DNA of 64,000 bases from a virus (taxonomy: Duplodnaviria; Heunggongvirae; Uroviricota; Caudoviricetes): the IMG/VR virus record IMGVR_UViG_2690316068_000002; one strand, written 5' to 3'. This document shows positions 9,030-19,418 of the stretch, one piece after another; the stretch's first letter is position 1; each line of letters starts with the position of its first letter. The translations under genes and the position numbers were made by a program. The notes under the pieces are model-generated. The model saw only the letters and a list, made by a program, of their open reading frames with translations. It ran no database searches and was not told the DNA's origin.

Positions 9030-11345
9030 TCAGATTTTGCAGGCTCCGTCGCACTCATCTTCTGGCTCGACGGCTACAGCTTGCGTAAGTGGATTCTGCG
9101 CTTCGTCGTCATCACGCTTTCCTGCACCATCTCTGGTGTTGTGGTAGTAAAGCGTTTTAACTCCCATCTTGTAGGCGAGAAGCAAATCTGACAGTAGCGT
9201 CATCATTGGGACTTTATCGCCTTCAAAGCGAGAAGGGTCATAGTTGGTATTAGCTGAAATAGCCTGGTCAAAGAACTTCTGGATGATCGCCACCTTTGTC
9301 AGATAGCCGCGGTTGTCCGGCATATCCCACAGGTATTCATACTGTTCCTTCAGTTTTTCAAACTCAGGCACGACCATCTTAACGATGCCGTCCTTAGAAG
9401 ATTTCACCGACACCGGGCCACGAGGCGGTTCGATGCCGTTGGTGGAATTAGTGATCTGGCTGGAAGTCTCGCATGGCATTTGTGCCGTCAGAGTGGAGTT
9501 GCGAAGGCCGTATTTTGCAATACGTTCACGCAGTTCTTCCCACGGCATCTTTAACTCAAAGTTGGTTTCGCCGCTTTCGTCTAATGAAGAACGGTAATGG
9601 TCGATCGGCAACTGACCAATTGCGTATTTGGTCTGCTCAAACCAGTCACACTCACCTTTTGCTTCAGCAAGTCGGCAGCTGGCGTCAAGAAGGTAATACT
9701 GGATAGCTTCGAACGTTTCATGCACCAGTTTATTGCCAGCGGTATCAGAATAACGAACGCCATTCTTTGCCAGGTAATAAGCAAAGTTGGTTACACCAAT
9801 TCCCAGGCTACGACGAGCTTTGGCAGGCACTTCGGCTGCCTCCATCGGATAGTCTTGATAATCCAGTAACGAATCCAGTGCAGCAACGGCATAGAACGCC
9901 ACCTCTTTAAGAGACTCCAGTGAACGGATGGCTCCGAGGTTAAAAGCGGATAAAGTGCATAGCGCGATCTCACCGTTCGGGTCGTCGGTAAATGCCAGTG
10001 GACGGGTGGGTAGAGTGATCTCCATGCACAGGTTTGACTGGCGAACAGGTGCAAGAGCAGGAATGAAAGCGCCATGCTCGTTAATATGATCGACGTTCGC
10101 AATATAAATTCGGCCCGTGGACGCTCGTTCCTGCATCAGAGATGAGAACAGCTCAATGGCAGGTACTGACTTCTTGCGAATTGAATCATCGGCTTCGTAT
10201 TTATGGTACAGCTTTTCAAACAGATCCTGGTCTGTGAAGAAGGCTTCGTACATATCAGGCACATCATGCGGGCTGAACAGAGTGATGTTCTCGCTTCTGA
10301 CGAGTCGACGGTACATTAGACGGTTACTCATGACGCCGTAATCAAGATGGCGAACGCGGTTTTCATCAATACCACGGTTATTTTTCACCACCAGCAGACT
10401 TTCAACCTCAAGATGCCAAATCGGGTAAAACGCTGTTGCTGCGCCACCACGAACACCACCTTGCGAACAAGATTTAACAGCCGTCTGGAAATGCTTCAGG
10501 AATGGAATAACTCCGGTATGGGTGGCTTCACCATTGCGGATCTCGCTGCCCAGCGCACGGATACGGCCAAAACCAATACCAATTCCAGCACGACGTGAAA
10601 CGTAGTCGATAATTGCGGCTGAAGCTGCACTAATCCCTTTCAGACTATCGCCAGACTCAATCAGCACACAACTGGAGAACTGACGGGTTGGAGTACGGAC
10701 GCCGGCCATGATTGGTGTGGGCAGAGACAGTTTGAACGTACTTGTAACGTCATAGAAACCTTTGACCATCTCCATACGTGTTTTGCCAGCGCAGTCGTCT
10801 TCCCAATTCTGGAACAGACACATGCCTACCAGCATATAGATATGTTGCGGCCCCTCATGAATCTCACCAGTAACACGGTTTTGAACGAGGTATTTGCTTT
10901 GCAACTGCACCGTAGCTGCATAGCCAAAAAGATCGTCACGTTTCGGCTTAATGTAATTGCCGAGTTCTTCGATCTCTTCAAACGAATAATGTGTCAGCAA
11001 ATCCTTGTCATAAACGCCCTTGTTAACGTTCTTGACAATGTGTTGGTAGAAGTTCGGATAGTCGTAACGACCGAAGGCATCTTTGCGGATTTTAAAAATG
11101 TTCAGGCGGGCAGCCACCTGTGAGTAATTTGGTGCTTCTGGTGAGATCAAATCAGCGGCAGATTTAACCAAAGCCTCATGCAACTGGCTGGTGGTAATCC
11201 CATCAAAAATGCTGGCCGCAGCTCCCATTGCTACAGCGGATGCGCTTACACCACGAATGCCTTCTACGCCATACATTACGACGCGGTTGTATTTTTCTTC
11301 GGATAACGGCTCTGTTTGGCCGTTACGTTTTACGATGCTTATCAT
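9030..11345 (-). CDS. nrdA: ribonucleotide reductase class Ia large subunit
   Basis: 771 aa; RNR catalytic-core motifs including C-terminal cysteine pair; adjacent to nrdB. Confidence 0.92.
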   Translation of the reverse strand: MISIVKRNGQTEPLSEEKYNRVVMYGVEGIRGVSASAVAMGAAASIFDGITTSQLHEALVKSAADLISPEAPNYSQVAARLNIFKIRKDAFGRYDYPNFYQHIVKNVNKGVYDKDLLTHYSFEEIEELGNYIKPKRDDLFGYAATVQLQSKYLVQNRVTGEIHEGPQHIYMLVGMCLFQNWEDDCAGKTRMEMVKGFYDVTSTFKLSLPTPIMAGVRTPTRQFSSCVLIESGDSLKGISAASAAIIDYVSRRAGIGIGFGRIRALGSEIRNGEATHTGVIPFLKHFQTAVKSCSQGGVRGGAATAFYPIWHLEVESLLVVKNNRGIDENRVRHLDYGVMSNRLMYRRLVRSENITLFSPHDVPDMYEAFFTDQDLFEKLYHKYEADDSIRKKSVPAIELFSSLMQERASTGRIYIANVDHINEHGAFIPALAPVRQSNLCMEITLPTRPLAFTDDPNGEIALCTLSAFNLGAIRSLESLKEVAFYAVAALDSLLDYQDYPMEAAEVPAKARRSLGIGVTNFAYYLAKNGVRYSDTAGNKLVHETFEAIQYYLLDASCRLAEAKGECDWFEQTKYAIGQLPIDHYRSSLDESGETNFELKMPWEELRERIAKYGLRNSTLTAQMPCETSSQITNSTNGIEPPRGPVSVKSSKDGIVKMVVPEFEKLKEQYEYLWDMPDNRGYLTKVAIIQKFFDQAISANTNYDPSRFEGDKVPMMTLLSDLLLAYKMGVKTLYYHNTRDGAGKRDDDEAQNPLTQAVAVEPEDECDGACKI

Positions 11346-11362
11346 GTATCACCAAATAAAGA

Positions 11363-11384
11363 GGGCCACTAAATATAGTGGCCC
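11363..11384 (-). terminator. rho-independent terminator
   Basis: GGGCCACT...AGTGGCCC stem followed on minus strand by TCTTTATTT. Confidence 0.55.
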
Positions 11385-11418
11385 ATGTTAATAGATAAGC
11401 ACTTACCTATCAATGAAA

Positions 11419-11988
11419 TCAAATGAGAGACTTAAGAACATCGCGCACCTGGCGGAACTGATCTGTTTGCATACCGGTATGGATGGCAGCCACCGCATCA
11501 GCCAAATGTTCGTTTTTGTTCACGAGAACATCCTGTCCAGATTGCTTACGACGCAGCCACGGTGCTTTAGGGTGTTTTTTCGTAGCCCACTGGATAATCT
11601 CTTCTTTCGATGTAGTAAGTTTATTGCCGACAAAATGCTTGATTTCGTTTGGAGTAACCTGGATCAATGGCTTATCCACACACGCAAGTACACCGATACA
11701 AATACCGTAAGACGTCTGCGAACGAGAGTTTTGGCTCCCAACCGGTAGCTCACAAAAAACCATATTTGCCTTATCAATGATTGGCTTCGCAACACGCCAT
11801 ATTTCACTGGCGCGGCGCAGATCGTCACTGTTCACACGAACGGTCTTTTTGTTACTCCCCGCTTTAGTCTCAACAAGAGTAAGGCCGTGAATCTCAAGTT
11901 CGTCCGTCTCAAGGTCTAAAGTGCCCACAGCAAGCCCAAAGTTGCTCATTGAGGGATCAACACCAACTACGCTGATTTTTTTACTCAT
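11419..11988 (-). CDS. RuvC-like Holliday junction resolvase
   Basis: N-terminal VVGVDPSMSNFGLAV and C-terminal EHLADAVAAIHTG resemble RuvC catalytic motifs; 189 aa. Confidence 0.55.
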   Translation of the reverse strand: MSKKISVVGVDPSMSNFGLAVGTLDLETDELEIHGLTLVETKAGSNKKTVRVNSDDLRRASEIWRVAKPIIDKANMVFCELPVGSQNSRSQTSYGICIGVLACVDKPLIQVTPNEIKHFVGNKLTTSKEEIIQWATKKHPKAPWLRRKQSGQDVLVNKNEHLADAVAAIHTGMQTDQFRQVRDVLKSLI

Positions 11989-11997
11989 ATAGTCTCC

Positions 11998-12741
11998 TTA
12001 CCATGTTCCCCATATAGGGTTTTCCAATAATCTCGCCTCCAACGAATTGGCTACTATTGCCGTTTGCAACGTTGGTTGGGGATAGTTTGCAAAGTCTGAA
12101 TACTCATTTTCCTGCGTGACACGTTTATCTGCGGCATGTTTAACACCACTTGCTATGAAATGACGCATGATGCCCAATAGCCTCCGACTGTCTGCACTAT
12201 CGTTTGCTAAAACATGAGGGAGCTGAAGTTCGATTTCTACCATTTCTCCATACTTACCAACAAACTGTAGTTTGTCCGCACTGTACTTTTTATCCCTCCT
12301 TTGGATAAGGAAACCAGTAAAAGCATCACCTGGCGATGCCAAACTATCCACCCGCTTATTGGCAAGTCGAATAAGGTTCGTGAAAGCCATACAGTGATGC
12401 GCACCCATTCCCCCAAAGAACCCTTCGCTATTAATGTTAAGATCTTCAGTTTCATGGGATGCAATAAACCCAGGCCCGACGTTGGGAAGATATCCCCCCT
12501 CAACAAAAGGATTAATCAGGATCGGCGCAATACATCCAGGTGGTAGTGATTTCAAACTTTGCATCAATGGCGTCTCGGATATTAGACCAAGCAACGCGGC
12601 GAATTGTACTCCGTCAATATTGTTGCTGCCCCACAGAATACGTGGAGCCGCACCATTGGAAGTATGCCCATTGATCAGTTTTATCGACTGCATCACTGCA
12701 AATACCTGCAAAAACTGCGAGCGGCTTAATTTAAACGACAT
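11998..12741 (-). CDS. hypothetical protein
   Basis: 247 aa ORF between resolvase and SbcC-like gene. Confidence 0.5.
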   Translation of the reverse strand: MSFKLSRSQFLQVFAVMQSIKLINGHTSNGAAPRILWGSNNIDGVQFAALLGLISETPLMQSLKSLPPGCIAPILINPFVEGGYLPNVGPGFIASHETEDLNINSEGFFGGMGAHHCMAFTNLIRLANKRVDSLASPGDAFTGFLIQRRDKKYSADKLQFVGKYGEMVEIELQLPHVLANDSADSRRLLGIMRHFIASGVKHAADKRVTQENEYSDFANYPQPTLQTAIVANSLEARLLENPIWGTW

Positions 12742-14647
12742 AGCTGCGCCCCTCTTTAACTTCCAGCGTAATAGTTTCCCGGAACCATGACTTCATCTCT
12801 TTATGGGAGATAATCAGCACAGTACCTCGCTCGCGAGCTTTGGACTCCAGAATACCCATGAGACGTTCAAGACCGGCTGTATCGAGTGCATCGTCAATTT
12901 CGTCGCCGATAAACAAATCGATGTTTTTACTCGCCCGGTTACTAACCAGATCCTGCAATGCCAAAGAACACGCAATGCGAACCTTCCGCTTCTCACCACC
13001 AGAGAGGGTTTGGAACGACTTACTTGAACCTTTCTTCTGCACACTAATGTTGAATTTGTCGCGATACTCACCTTTTTTAGTGACATCCATCGTCGACCAC
13101 TCAGCAGTAATATTCCCGTCAGACAACGTATTGAGATACTCGGCAGTGCGTGTATTCAGGAAAGGCGTAACAGACGTCAAAATATGAGAACGCACCCCGG
13201 CAGGAGAGTAGACCTGACGAGCTTTTTCCAATAGCAACGTTTGTTCCTGAATAGCCTTTAACTCATCTTTTAAGGACTTGAAGGTAGACTTACTGGATAC
13301 CAAGTTATCTTCGTGTCTGGCGATAAGAGCAATAAACGGATTAATCTCTTTTGATATACGATCGACCTCAGTACGAGCACGAGTCACAAGAGACTCAATA
13401 GCAACAACCTCCTTCTCACGATGACGCAAAGATGAGAGTTGTTTCGTAAGCTCTTCAATCCGGGCAATGATAGCCGTTACATCAGGTGTCGTTTTAACAA
13501 GGGCAGACTCAATGCTTAACGCTTTCTCAAGATTCGTTTTGTGTTTAGCCATTGCCTCTGCAAGTGTCTTCGCCTGACCAATTTCCTGACGTGCTTGTTC
13601 AATGAAATTCTCCTTCACCGTTGATAGATCTTCTTCGCAGTAGGCTTTGCCACAAGTAGGGCATGGTGATCCCACTTTAGTACCAACCTCTTCTGCTTTG
13701 GTCTTAAAATTACGCGCGCGGTTCATTGCATCAGCCTGACTATTTTCTGTAGCTTTGATGCTTGCCCGAATATCAGTTATCGCACCACGAACTTTGAGCA
13801 ACTTGGCGTCATGTTCTTCTTTTGAGGCTAACTTTTTGCGCTCACTTTCGATTGCCTTCTCGGTATCACGTATCTGTTCGGGAAGAGTGCGGATCTCAAG
13901 TTCAACTTCCGTTAACTCAACTTCGGCACTGGCCAGCCCAGCCAGGGCATCGTCATAACGTTTAGAACGCTCTTGCTCCCATGATTCAGAGGAGGCTTTC
14001 GCTGACTCAATTTCTGACTGTGTTGCCTCAATGGTCGAGATTGTCGACTCCAATTTGGTTTTAACCACATCCATACGTGCGGCAGCTGCATTAGCTCGCT
14101 CACGAGCAATAGCGTAGGCGCGTGTCAGTCTGTCAACGCCAGCGGCTTCTTCTACGATGGTTTTGAGGTTTTTGTCGGACATTCCAGGTAAATCTGGCAT
14201 AGCTTCTTGGCTCGCATAGATGGAAGCCATGAAAACCTCTTTAGATGCACCGATCAGACGCTCGACGAACTCCTGCGTCAGCGCATCTTTGCCTTTCGTC
14301 ATATCGCCATCTTCACCACGAACGATAAGACGATTTTTGAACTCTTTGTGTTTACGGTGACGAATGATTGCGTATCTCTTGCCTTCATCCTCGATGGTTA
14401 CTGCAACACGACAGTTCTTTTCATGGTCGGTAGACAACACATCGTCACCCTTCACACCATGAGCTGTTTCGCCATAAAGACACCACATCAGGCTATTCAT
14501 TAGAGTTGACTTTCCAGAGCCATTACTTGATGCGGAACTATCATCACTATTAACACCCTGAATGAGCACTAAACCACGCTGATCTAACTCGACCTCCGCG
14601 CTGGCGATAGCCATAAAATTCTCAACCTGGAGTTTTAAAAACTTCAT
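12731..14647 (-). CDS. sbcC: SbcC/Rad50-like recombination ATPase
   Basis: Walker A NGSGKST at N-terminus, central coiled coil with CPTCGK zinc hook, C-terminal LSGGEKRK signature and DEIDDALD Walker B. Confidence 0.8.
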   Translation of the reverse strand: MKFLKLQVENFMAIASAEVELDQRGLVLIQGVNSDDSSASSNGSGKSTLMNSLMWCLYGETAHGVKGDDVLSTDHEKNCRVAVTIEDEGKRYAIIRHRKHKEFKNRLIVRGEDGDMTKGKDALTQEFVERLIGASKEVFMASIYASQEAMPDLPGMSDKNLKTIVEEAAGVDRLTRAYAIARERANAAAARMDVVKTKLESTISTIEATQSEIESAKASSESWEQERSKRYDDALAGLASAEVELTEVELEIRTLPEQIRDTEKAIESERKKLASKEEHDAKLLKVRGAITDIRASIKATENSQADAMNRARNFKTKAEEVGTKVGSPCPTCGKAYCEEDLSTVKENFIEQARQEIGQAKTLAEAMAKHKTNLEKALSIESALVKTTPDVTAIIARIEELTKQLSSLRHREKEVVAIESLVTRARTEVDRISKEINPFIALIARHEDNLVSSKSTFKSLKDELKAIQEQTLLLEKARQVYSPAGVRSHILTSVTPFLNTRTAEYLNTLSDGNITAEWSTMDVTKKGEYRDKFNISVQKKGSSKSFQTLSGGEKRKVRIACSLALQDLVSNRASKNIDLFIGDEIDDALDTAGLERLMGILESKARERGTVLIISHKEMKSWFRETITLEVKEGRSYVV

Positions 14648-14876
14648 ATAACACCTCTGATACCGTGTGTTAGTTTTTGGCCTTCTTTCAATCTGAACTC
14701 CGTATGCGCCGGGAAGGATCTGCGCCTCAATACGCCTTTTCTGGTTAACCTTCCAAGATAAAACGCTACGGGATTTCCTTGTGGCGGGTAGGGCTTGTGA
14801 AACATCACCGTCTGGCCTCGTTCAAGTCTTTTCATCGTGATGGCAAAGTCTCGAAAGCTCCCATAACGACTTTGCC

Positions 14877-15962
14877 TCACACAGCCTCCGAACTCTCCGC
14901 TTCGGTGAGGATTTCCTGACACAAAATATCCAACTTGCTCAGATCAAATCCGCCGTCAGTATCGTGGACAATCTTGCAATAAGCAGATACCGACTCTCCC
15001 AGGCTATCGATTTTGCTGGTTTCCGTTGTGCTTGCTGTCCCTTCCATCATTGATGACTTACGGATGAAGTTGCACACAACACCTTTTGCACCCATTGTTT
15101 TGAGGATGTTCTGGTACTTAATGCCTTCTTCGTCGTTCTCGATTACGGCGCGGAAACGCACGTAGTTGCCGCGAATTTGGTCATCAGCAACATAATCTTC
15201 CAGGTTAATGAATTTAGGCGCACTAGTTTCGTAGTGACTAAAACTGCCGTCCGGGTTTACGATCATGTAACCAGCCAGAGAGCCAACATCCCCCCAATTT
15301 TGATGGGTCAGTGCACCGACACTGATAACTCCAGGAATGACCTCTTTGTGGTTGTGGTAATGCCCACTAAGCACGAGACGAAAGCCGATATCCTTTAACT
15401 CCTGCGCATCAATACCGACGTCAGGCATTGTTGGAATGGCTTTGTTGATGGATGTATGGATAACAACGTCATGGTTATCACCTTCTACGCTCTTACGTAA
15501 CGTTTTCAGATCGCTGATAAGCTCCGCATGATTGTTACGCCAGCTAATCAGGTGGACAGTGACATCACCAATTTTTATTGAGTGTGGGCGTTTTCCACAT
15601 ACGATTACCACGCCGATAGAACTCAGCGATGCTGCTGCGTTGGCGCTATATACTGAATCGTTGGTTTCAAGATCGTGATTACCGGCCAGCATTACTACTG
15701 TCAGATCAAGCTCGTTGATAATCCACTTGTACGTTTCAGTTACGTAATGCAGAACAGAAGGGGACACAGTTCCTCGGACGTGAAATGTATCACCGGCAAC
15801 CAACATGTACTTACAACCAGCCTTCTTCATGGCGATGGCGGCTTCTTTCGTTGCTTCCAACTGTATTTCAAGTCTGGAGTTAAGCCCCTCAGCGTTCGTC
15901 GTGGAGAACGCATCCCATTTGTGGTAGTGGCAGTCAGAAATGACGCCGTATGGCAAAGTCAT
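14877..15962 (-). CDS. sbcD: SbcD/Mre11-like metallophosphatase nuclease
   Basis: ORF 14877..16058 trimmed to ATG at 15962 (AAAGGAAAAACAC upstream); DCHYH, GDTFH and GNHD phosphoesterase motifs. Confidence 0.75.
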   Translation of the reverse strand: MTLPYGVISDCHYHKWDAFSTTNAEGLNSRLEIQLEATKEAAIAMKKAGCKYMLVAGDTFHVRGTVSPSVLHYVTETYKWIINELDLTVVMLAGNHDLETNDSVYSANAAASLSSIGVVIVCGKRPHSIKIGDVTVHLISWRNNHAELISDLKTLRKSVEGDNHDVVIHTSINKAIPTMPDVGIDAQELKDIGFRLVLSGHYHNHKEVIPGVISVGALTHQNWGDVGSLAGYMIVNPDGSFSHYETSAPKFINLEDYVADDQIRGNYVRFRAVIENDEEGIKYQNILKTMGAKGVVCNFIRKSSMMEGTASTTETSKIDSLGESVSAYCKIVHDTDGGFDLSKLDILCQEILTEAESSEAV

Positions 15963-16075
15963 GTGTTTTTCCTTTGTGGTTATTTTGATACAGATATTAA
16001 GTGTGTTTGAGAGGCGAACAATCCAGATAACACGGCCATTAAGAATGTTCACAGACACATGATTATGGCAAATTC

Positions 16076-16095
16076 ATAGGTAAGTGAATACCTAT
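16076..16095. promoter_or_regulatory. promoter-proximal palindrome ATAGGTAAGTGAATACCTAT
   Basis: Member of recurrent palindrome family; ~115 nt upstream of sbcD start. Confidence 0.4.
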
Positions 16096-16188
16096 TTTTA
16101 TGGGCAGCAAAGATTTCTAGATGTTACAAGCCACTCTATAATCGCAGTCACTTAATGATGACAACCAAACGAAAAAGGAGAACTGACG

Positions 16189-16692
16189 GTGAAACGCGTA
16201 ATTATAGGGACGATGGCCATTGCTCTGATCGGATGCGTACCAAAACCACCTCAAGATGAAAAGTCAGCTGGCGGGTACGTTGATATTTACTCCACTTCAA
16301 GCGTAGCAATTGCCCAAGACAGAGCCGACAAATTGTGTGGAAGCCATGCCTATTATGTCTCTAACGACAATGATTTAACCAAAGTCATGGGTAGATACGC
16401 GCCTTCATTCCCAAAAATCAGGTTCAACTGTGATCTTGAAATGGCCGCTTATCTGGGCAGCAAAGAGGCAAAGGAGATCAAAATGAAACGCATAGAGGAA
16501 GCCTACAAGGAGATGTACAAGGCCCAATATGAGCTGAAAGAAGTGCGCCGTAAGAACGCTGATCCGAAGAAGCTGGAGTCTTACACAGAACGCGATCCGG
16601 ACGGTACTATTCGCAGCTACAGCTTCTTGAATGGCAAGTCGTGCGAATCAATCGTGTACCCAGACGGCACGGGCAAAACGACTTGTGATTAA
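16189..16692 (+). CDS. putative lipoprotein
   Basis: Signal peptide with lipobox LIGC; plus strand amid minus-strand genes; followed by terminator. Confidence 0.6.
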   Translation: MKRVIIGTMAIALIGCVPKPPQDEKSAGGYVDIYSTSSVAIAQDRADKLCGSHAYYVSNDNDLTKVMGRYAPSFPKIRFNCDLEMAAYLGSKEAKEIKMKRIEEAYKEMYKAQYELKEVRRKNADPKKLESYTERDPDGTIRSYSFLNGKSCESIVYPDGTGKTTCD

Positions 16693-16701
16693 TTCTTCAG
16701 G

Positions 16702-16733
16702 AGCACCTCGTATGGGGTGCTTTTTATTTTGGG
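16702..16733 (+). terminator. rho-independent terminator
   Basis: AGCACC-tcgtatgg-GGTGCT followed by TTTTTATTTT. Confidence 0.6.
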
Positions 16734-16735
16734 TC

Positions 16736-17164
16736 GCGAAACAGCATGTCGGCCATTTGCGAGGATTTGACGTAGCACTTTGCCATCATCGGCTGACTAG
16801 GGTTTGATGCGATCATGTCGGACACCAGCATTGACCCATAGCCTTTTCCGCGAAGCTCTTTGACAATACTGACGGCACGGAGTTCAAGTCAAGGTGCGCC
16901 AGTCGGATCGAGTGCGGCACAGAACCAGATTAGTCCTACTTTTTGTCATCAGAACGATGCAGCAGGATGTAGATAAAATGCCCGGAGTATTGGCCCCGCT
17001 CGTTCGTCTTGATTGCCAGTCTGGTCTGCTGCTCAAAGGTTTTACCCCCCCTTTGATGTGAGGATCTCTTCGTAGAAGTGACCTTTGCGTGCGCCGTCCT
17101 CGAACTCAGCCATGATAAAAGGCATGTCTGTCACAGTTGCTGCCCTTGAATAAAATTCACTCAT
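16736..17164 (-). pseudogene. disrupted GNAT-family N-acetyltransferase
   Basis: Minus-strand fragments in three frames: MSEFYSRAATVTDMPFIMAEFEDGARKGHFYEEILTSKGG*, FEQQTRLAIKTNERGQYSGHFIYILLHRSDDKK*, ELRAVSIVKELRGKGYGSMLVSDMIASNPSQ...; the RGKGYGSML block is GNAT motif A; no intact ORF. Confidence 0.45.
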
Positions 17165-17239
17165 GTATTAATCCTAAAAGCCCTCAGTGTCTTTCTAATG
17201 CACCATATTTTATGCCTCGGTTAAACCCTGAGATTACGT

Positions 17240-17884
17240 TTAAAACGTCTCAGTGGGCTTTTTACGCGCTGCGTTTATGCTTATGACGCCAGCTTTTGGA
17301 CGTGGGTCAACAAGGTTAAGCTCTTCTTCACTGTGGTATTCGAGGTCGAACTCACGTTTTACATGTCTGATGTAGATTGCGGTGAGCAGGCTATCTTTGG
17401 TCAGAAAGTGTCCGTAGGATTTGCGGATCACTTCTTCTACCTTCTCGATTTTCTCACCACCCATACAGAGATGATTAAACCGGCTGTGTTTCCGCAACAT
17501 TTCGTCTACTGGGCCTGAGTAAACCTTGTCTACTTTCCCAAAACGGATGATTTTCCCTGTGTCTGCGGATACGAGGCAAATCAGCTTGTCTGGTGATAAA
17601 CGATCTCGCCACGTCACACCTGAACGGAGTGTGTTGAAGTAGGGAGCATCCAATCCGATGATCGGTTTACGAAATGCGAGTAATGGAACGTACCTGATGC
17701 AACTGTTTAAATGAAAATTCACACCAGCCTTATCAAGTTTAATTCTGGTTTCGTAGATCGGGCACTTCGCCGCTATACCGCAGATGTCACAAAGCAACTT
17801 CTGCTTATTCAGGTTGGAATTCGATTCGATAGTGTAGGAGCCGTCTTCAAGACGACGAACCCAGCGCGTGCGTTTTAGATCCAT
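17240..17884 (-). CDS. hypothetical protein
   Basis: 214 aa ORF divergent from the replicon. Confidence 0.5.
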   Translation of the reverse strand: MDLKRTRWVRRLEDGSYTIESNSNLNKQKLLCDICGIAAKCPIYETRIKLDKAGVNFHLNSCIRYVPLLAFRKPIIGLDAPYFNTLRSGVTWRDRLSPDKLICLVSADTGKIIRFGKVDKVYSGPVDEMLRKHSRFNHLCMGGEKIEKVEEVIRKSYGHFLTKDSLLTAIYIRHVKREFDLEYHSEEELNLVDPRPKAGVISINAARKKPTETF

Positions 17885-17971
17885 ATGTCATTTTTCTGTG
17901 ATTGTTAGCCGAGGCAACGATAACCCACCAGGTGCGCCGAAGGTAGTAAATGCCTGTTTTAATTATTCACA

Positions 17972-18044
17972 TTATCCACAGGATAGATCCTAATAAAGAG
18001 ATCCATAGATAGATCCTTGTATAGATCAAATAAGATCCCCGATC
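17972..18044. promoter_or_regulatory. origin-associated DnaA box plus GATC cluster
   Basis: TTATCCACA (17972-17980) matches DnaA box consensus; six GATC sites at about 17986, 18000, 18012, 18024, 18034, 18041. Confidence 0.6.
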
Positions 18045-18084
18045 GCTGTAAGCCGCGCCACGACTGGTCTGAAGCCATGTTCAT

Positions 18085-18186
18085 GTATGCTGTCAGCGGT
18101 AATTGATAGTCTGTCAGCGGTTCACCGTATGCTGCCAACTGTTTTTGGTATTCTGTCAGCGGCAAATCAAGTATGCTGTCAGCGGT
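18085..18186. repeat. iteron array upstream of repA (5 copies)
   Basis: GTATGCTGTCAGCGGT-like 16-mers at about 18085, 18107, 18127 (degenerate), 18148, 18171. Confidence 0.8.
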
Positions 18187-18206
18187 TGAATGACAAAGGT
18201 GTCCAC

Positions 18207-19301
18207 ATGTCCACAAAAAATAAAAAAGGTAAAAATAACAAAGAAGTAGAAGATAACATCGACAACTTTGAAGAAGGTTCCCTTGAATTGTACACAGGGG
18301 AACTTGTCCCTAATAGCAACAATACAGTCCAACCAATTGCGTTGATGCGACTGGGGTTGTTCGTCCCCACGCTTAAGGGAACAAAATACAGTAAACGTAA
18401 CAAGCCAAATGAGATCGATGCTTCAAAGGAGCTTGTCCAGCTCGAAGTAGCCCGTTCTGAAGGCTATTCCGATATCAAGATAACCGGCCCTCGCCTGGAC
18501 ATGGATCATGATTTCAAAACGTGGGTGGGCGTTGTGCGTTCGCTGGCAGAATACGGCGAACCTAATGGTCGTGTCGAGTTAAGCATCACGAAATTTGCGA
18601 AGTTTTGTGGCTATCCATCGTCACAGATCCGCAAAACACTCCGCGACCGGCTTACAAACAGTCTTTTGAAGATCATGCGTACAACTCTGTCTTTCCAGAG
18701 AACGTATGAAGAAAAGAACGTCGACGGCTCTAACAAGATCTCGCTTCTGATGGTGCACCTCATCAATAGCGTGGACTACAACGAGCAGAAAGATACGGTG
18801 GTGTTCTATGCAGAACCGAAGCTGGCCGAACTATATCGCTTTGACCATAAGGTTCTTTTGCAGTTAAAGGTTATCAATAAGCTACCACGCAAAGAAACAG
18901 CACAGGCTCTGTACACCTTCATCGAAAGTCTTCCAACCAAGCCTGCGCCGGTATCGCTTGCTCGATTGCGTGCGCGACTCAATTTGAGTAGCAGGAATGT
19001 CAGCTCGCAGAATCAGACTATACGTAACGGCTTAAAAGCTCTCCAAGATTTGGGCTATCTCGAATACAGCGAGATTAAGCGTGGGCGGTCGATCTATATC
19101 CAGATTCACAGCCGCAATCCAAAACTCAAAGTCGCACCGCCAAAACCTGAAGACATCGAACCCAAAAAACCAGATGAGAAAGCTGGGGAAATTGATGCCA
19201 AACAGAACATTATCAACAAGATAACCGAACTTTCGCAGAATTTGACGCCTGAAAATATCAAGATGATTGAGATCCTTTCCAATAGTCTCAAACTGCTTTG
19301 A
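18207..19301 (+). CDS. repA: plasmid-type replication initiator (RepA-like)
   Basis: ORF 18087..19301 trimmed to ATG at 18207 (AAAGG RBS; longer ORF would run through the iterons); assignment rests on flanking iterons, DnaA box and GATC cluster, not on recognised protein motifs. Confidence 0.6.
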   Translation: MSTKNKKGKNNKEVEDNIDNFEEGSLELYTGELVPNSNNTVQPIALMRLGLFVPTLKGTKYSKRNKPNEIDASKELVQLEVARSEGYSDIKITGPRLDMDHDFKTWVGVVRSLAEYGEPNGRVELSITKFAKFCGYPSSQIRKTLRDRLTNSLLKIMRTTLSFQRTYEEKNVDGSNKISLLMVHLINSVDYNEQKDTVVFYAEPKLAELYRFDHKVLLQLKVINKLPRKETAQALYTFIESLPTKPAPVSLARLRARLNLSSRNVSSQNQTIRNGLKALQDLGYLEYSEIKRGRSIYIQIHSRNPKLKVAPPKPEDIEPKKPDEKAGEIDAKQNIINKITELSQNLTPENIKMIEILSNSLKLL

Positions 19302-19418
19302 TATGCTGTCAGCGGTGAAATGTATGCTATCAGCGGCTATTTTTCTGAAAAGTATGCTGTGAACGGTTAAAGATATGCTACCAGCGGTATAGTGAGATAA
19401 ACGTATGCTGTGAGCGGT
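19301..19418. repeat. iteron array downstream of repA, cluster 1 (5 copies)
   Basis: 16-mers (G/A)TATGCT(G/A)(T/C)(C/G)A(G/A)CGG(T/C) at about 19301, 19322, 19342, 19373, 19403. Confidence 0.8.

Noticed and set aside
14644-14922. 92-aa basic ORF between sbcC and sbcD
   Set aside because: Overlaps the 3' end of sbcD, has Arg/Gly-rich composition typical of out-of-frame translation, and no RBS.
17959-18216. 85-aa minus-strand ORF overlapping the DnaA box, GATC cluster and upstream iterons
   Set aside because: It coincides exactly with the origin repeats; no RBS; repeat-generated artefact.
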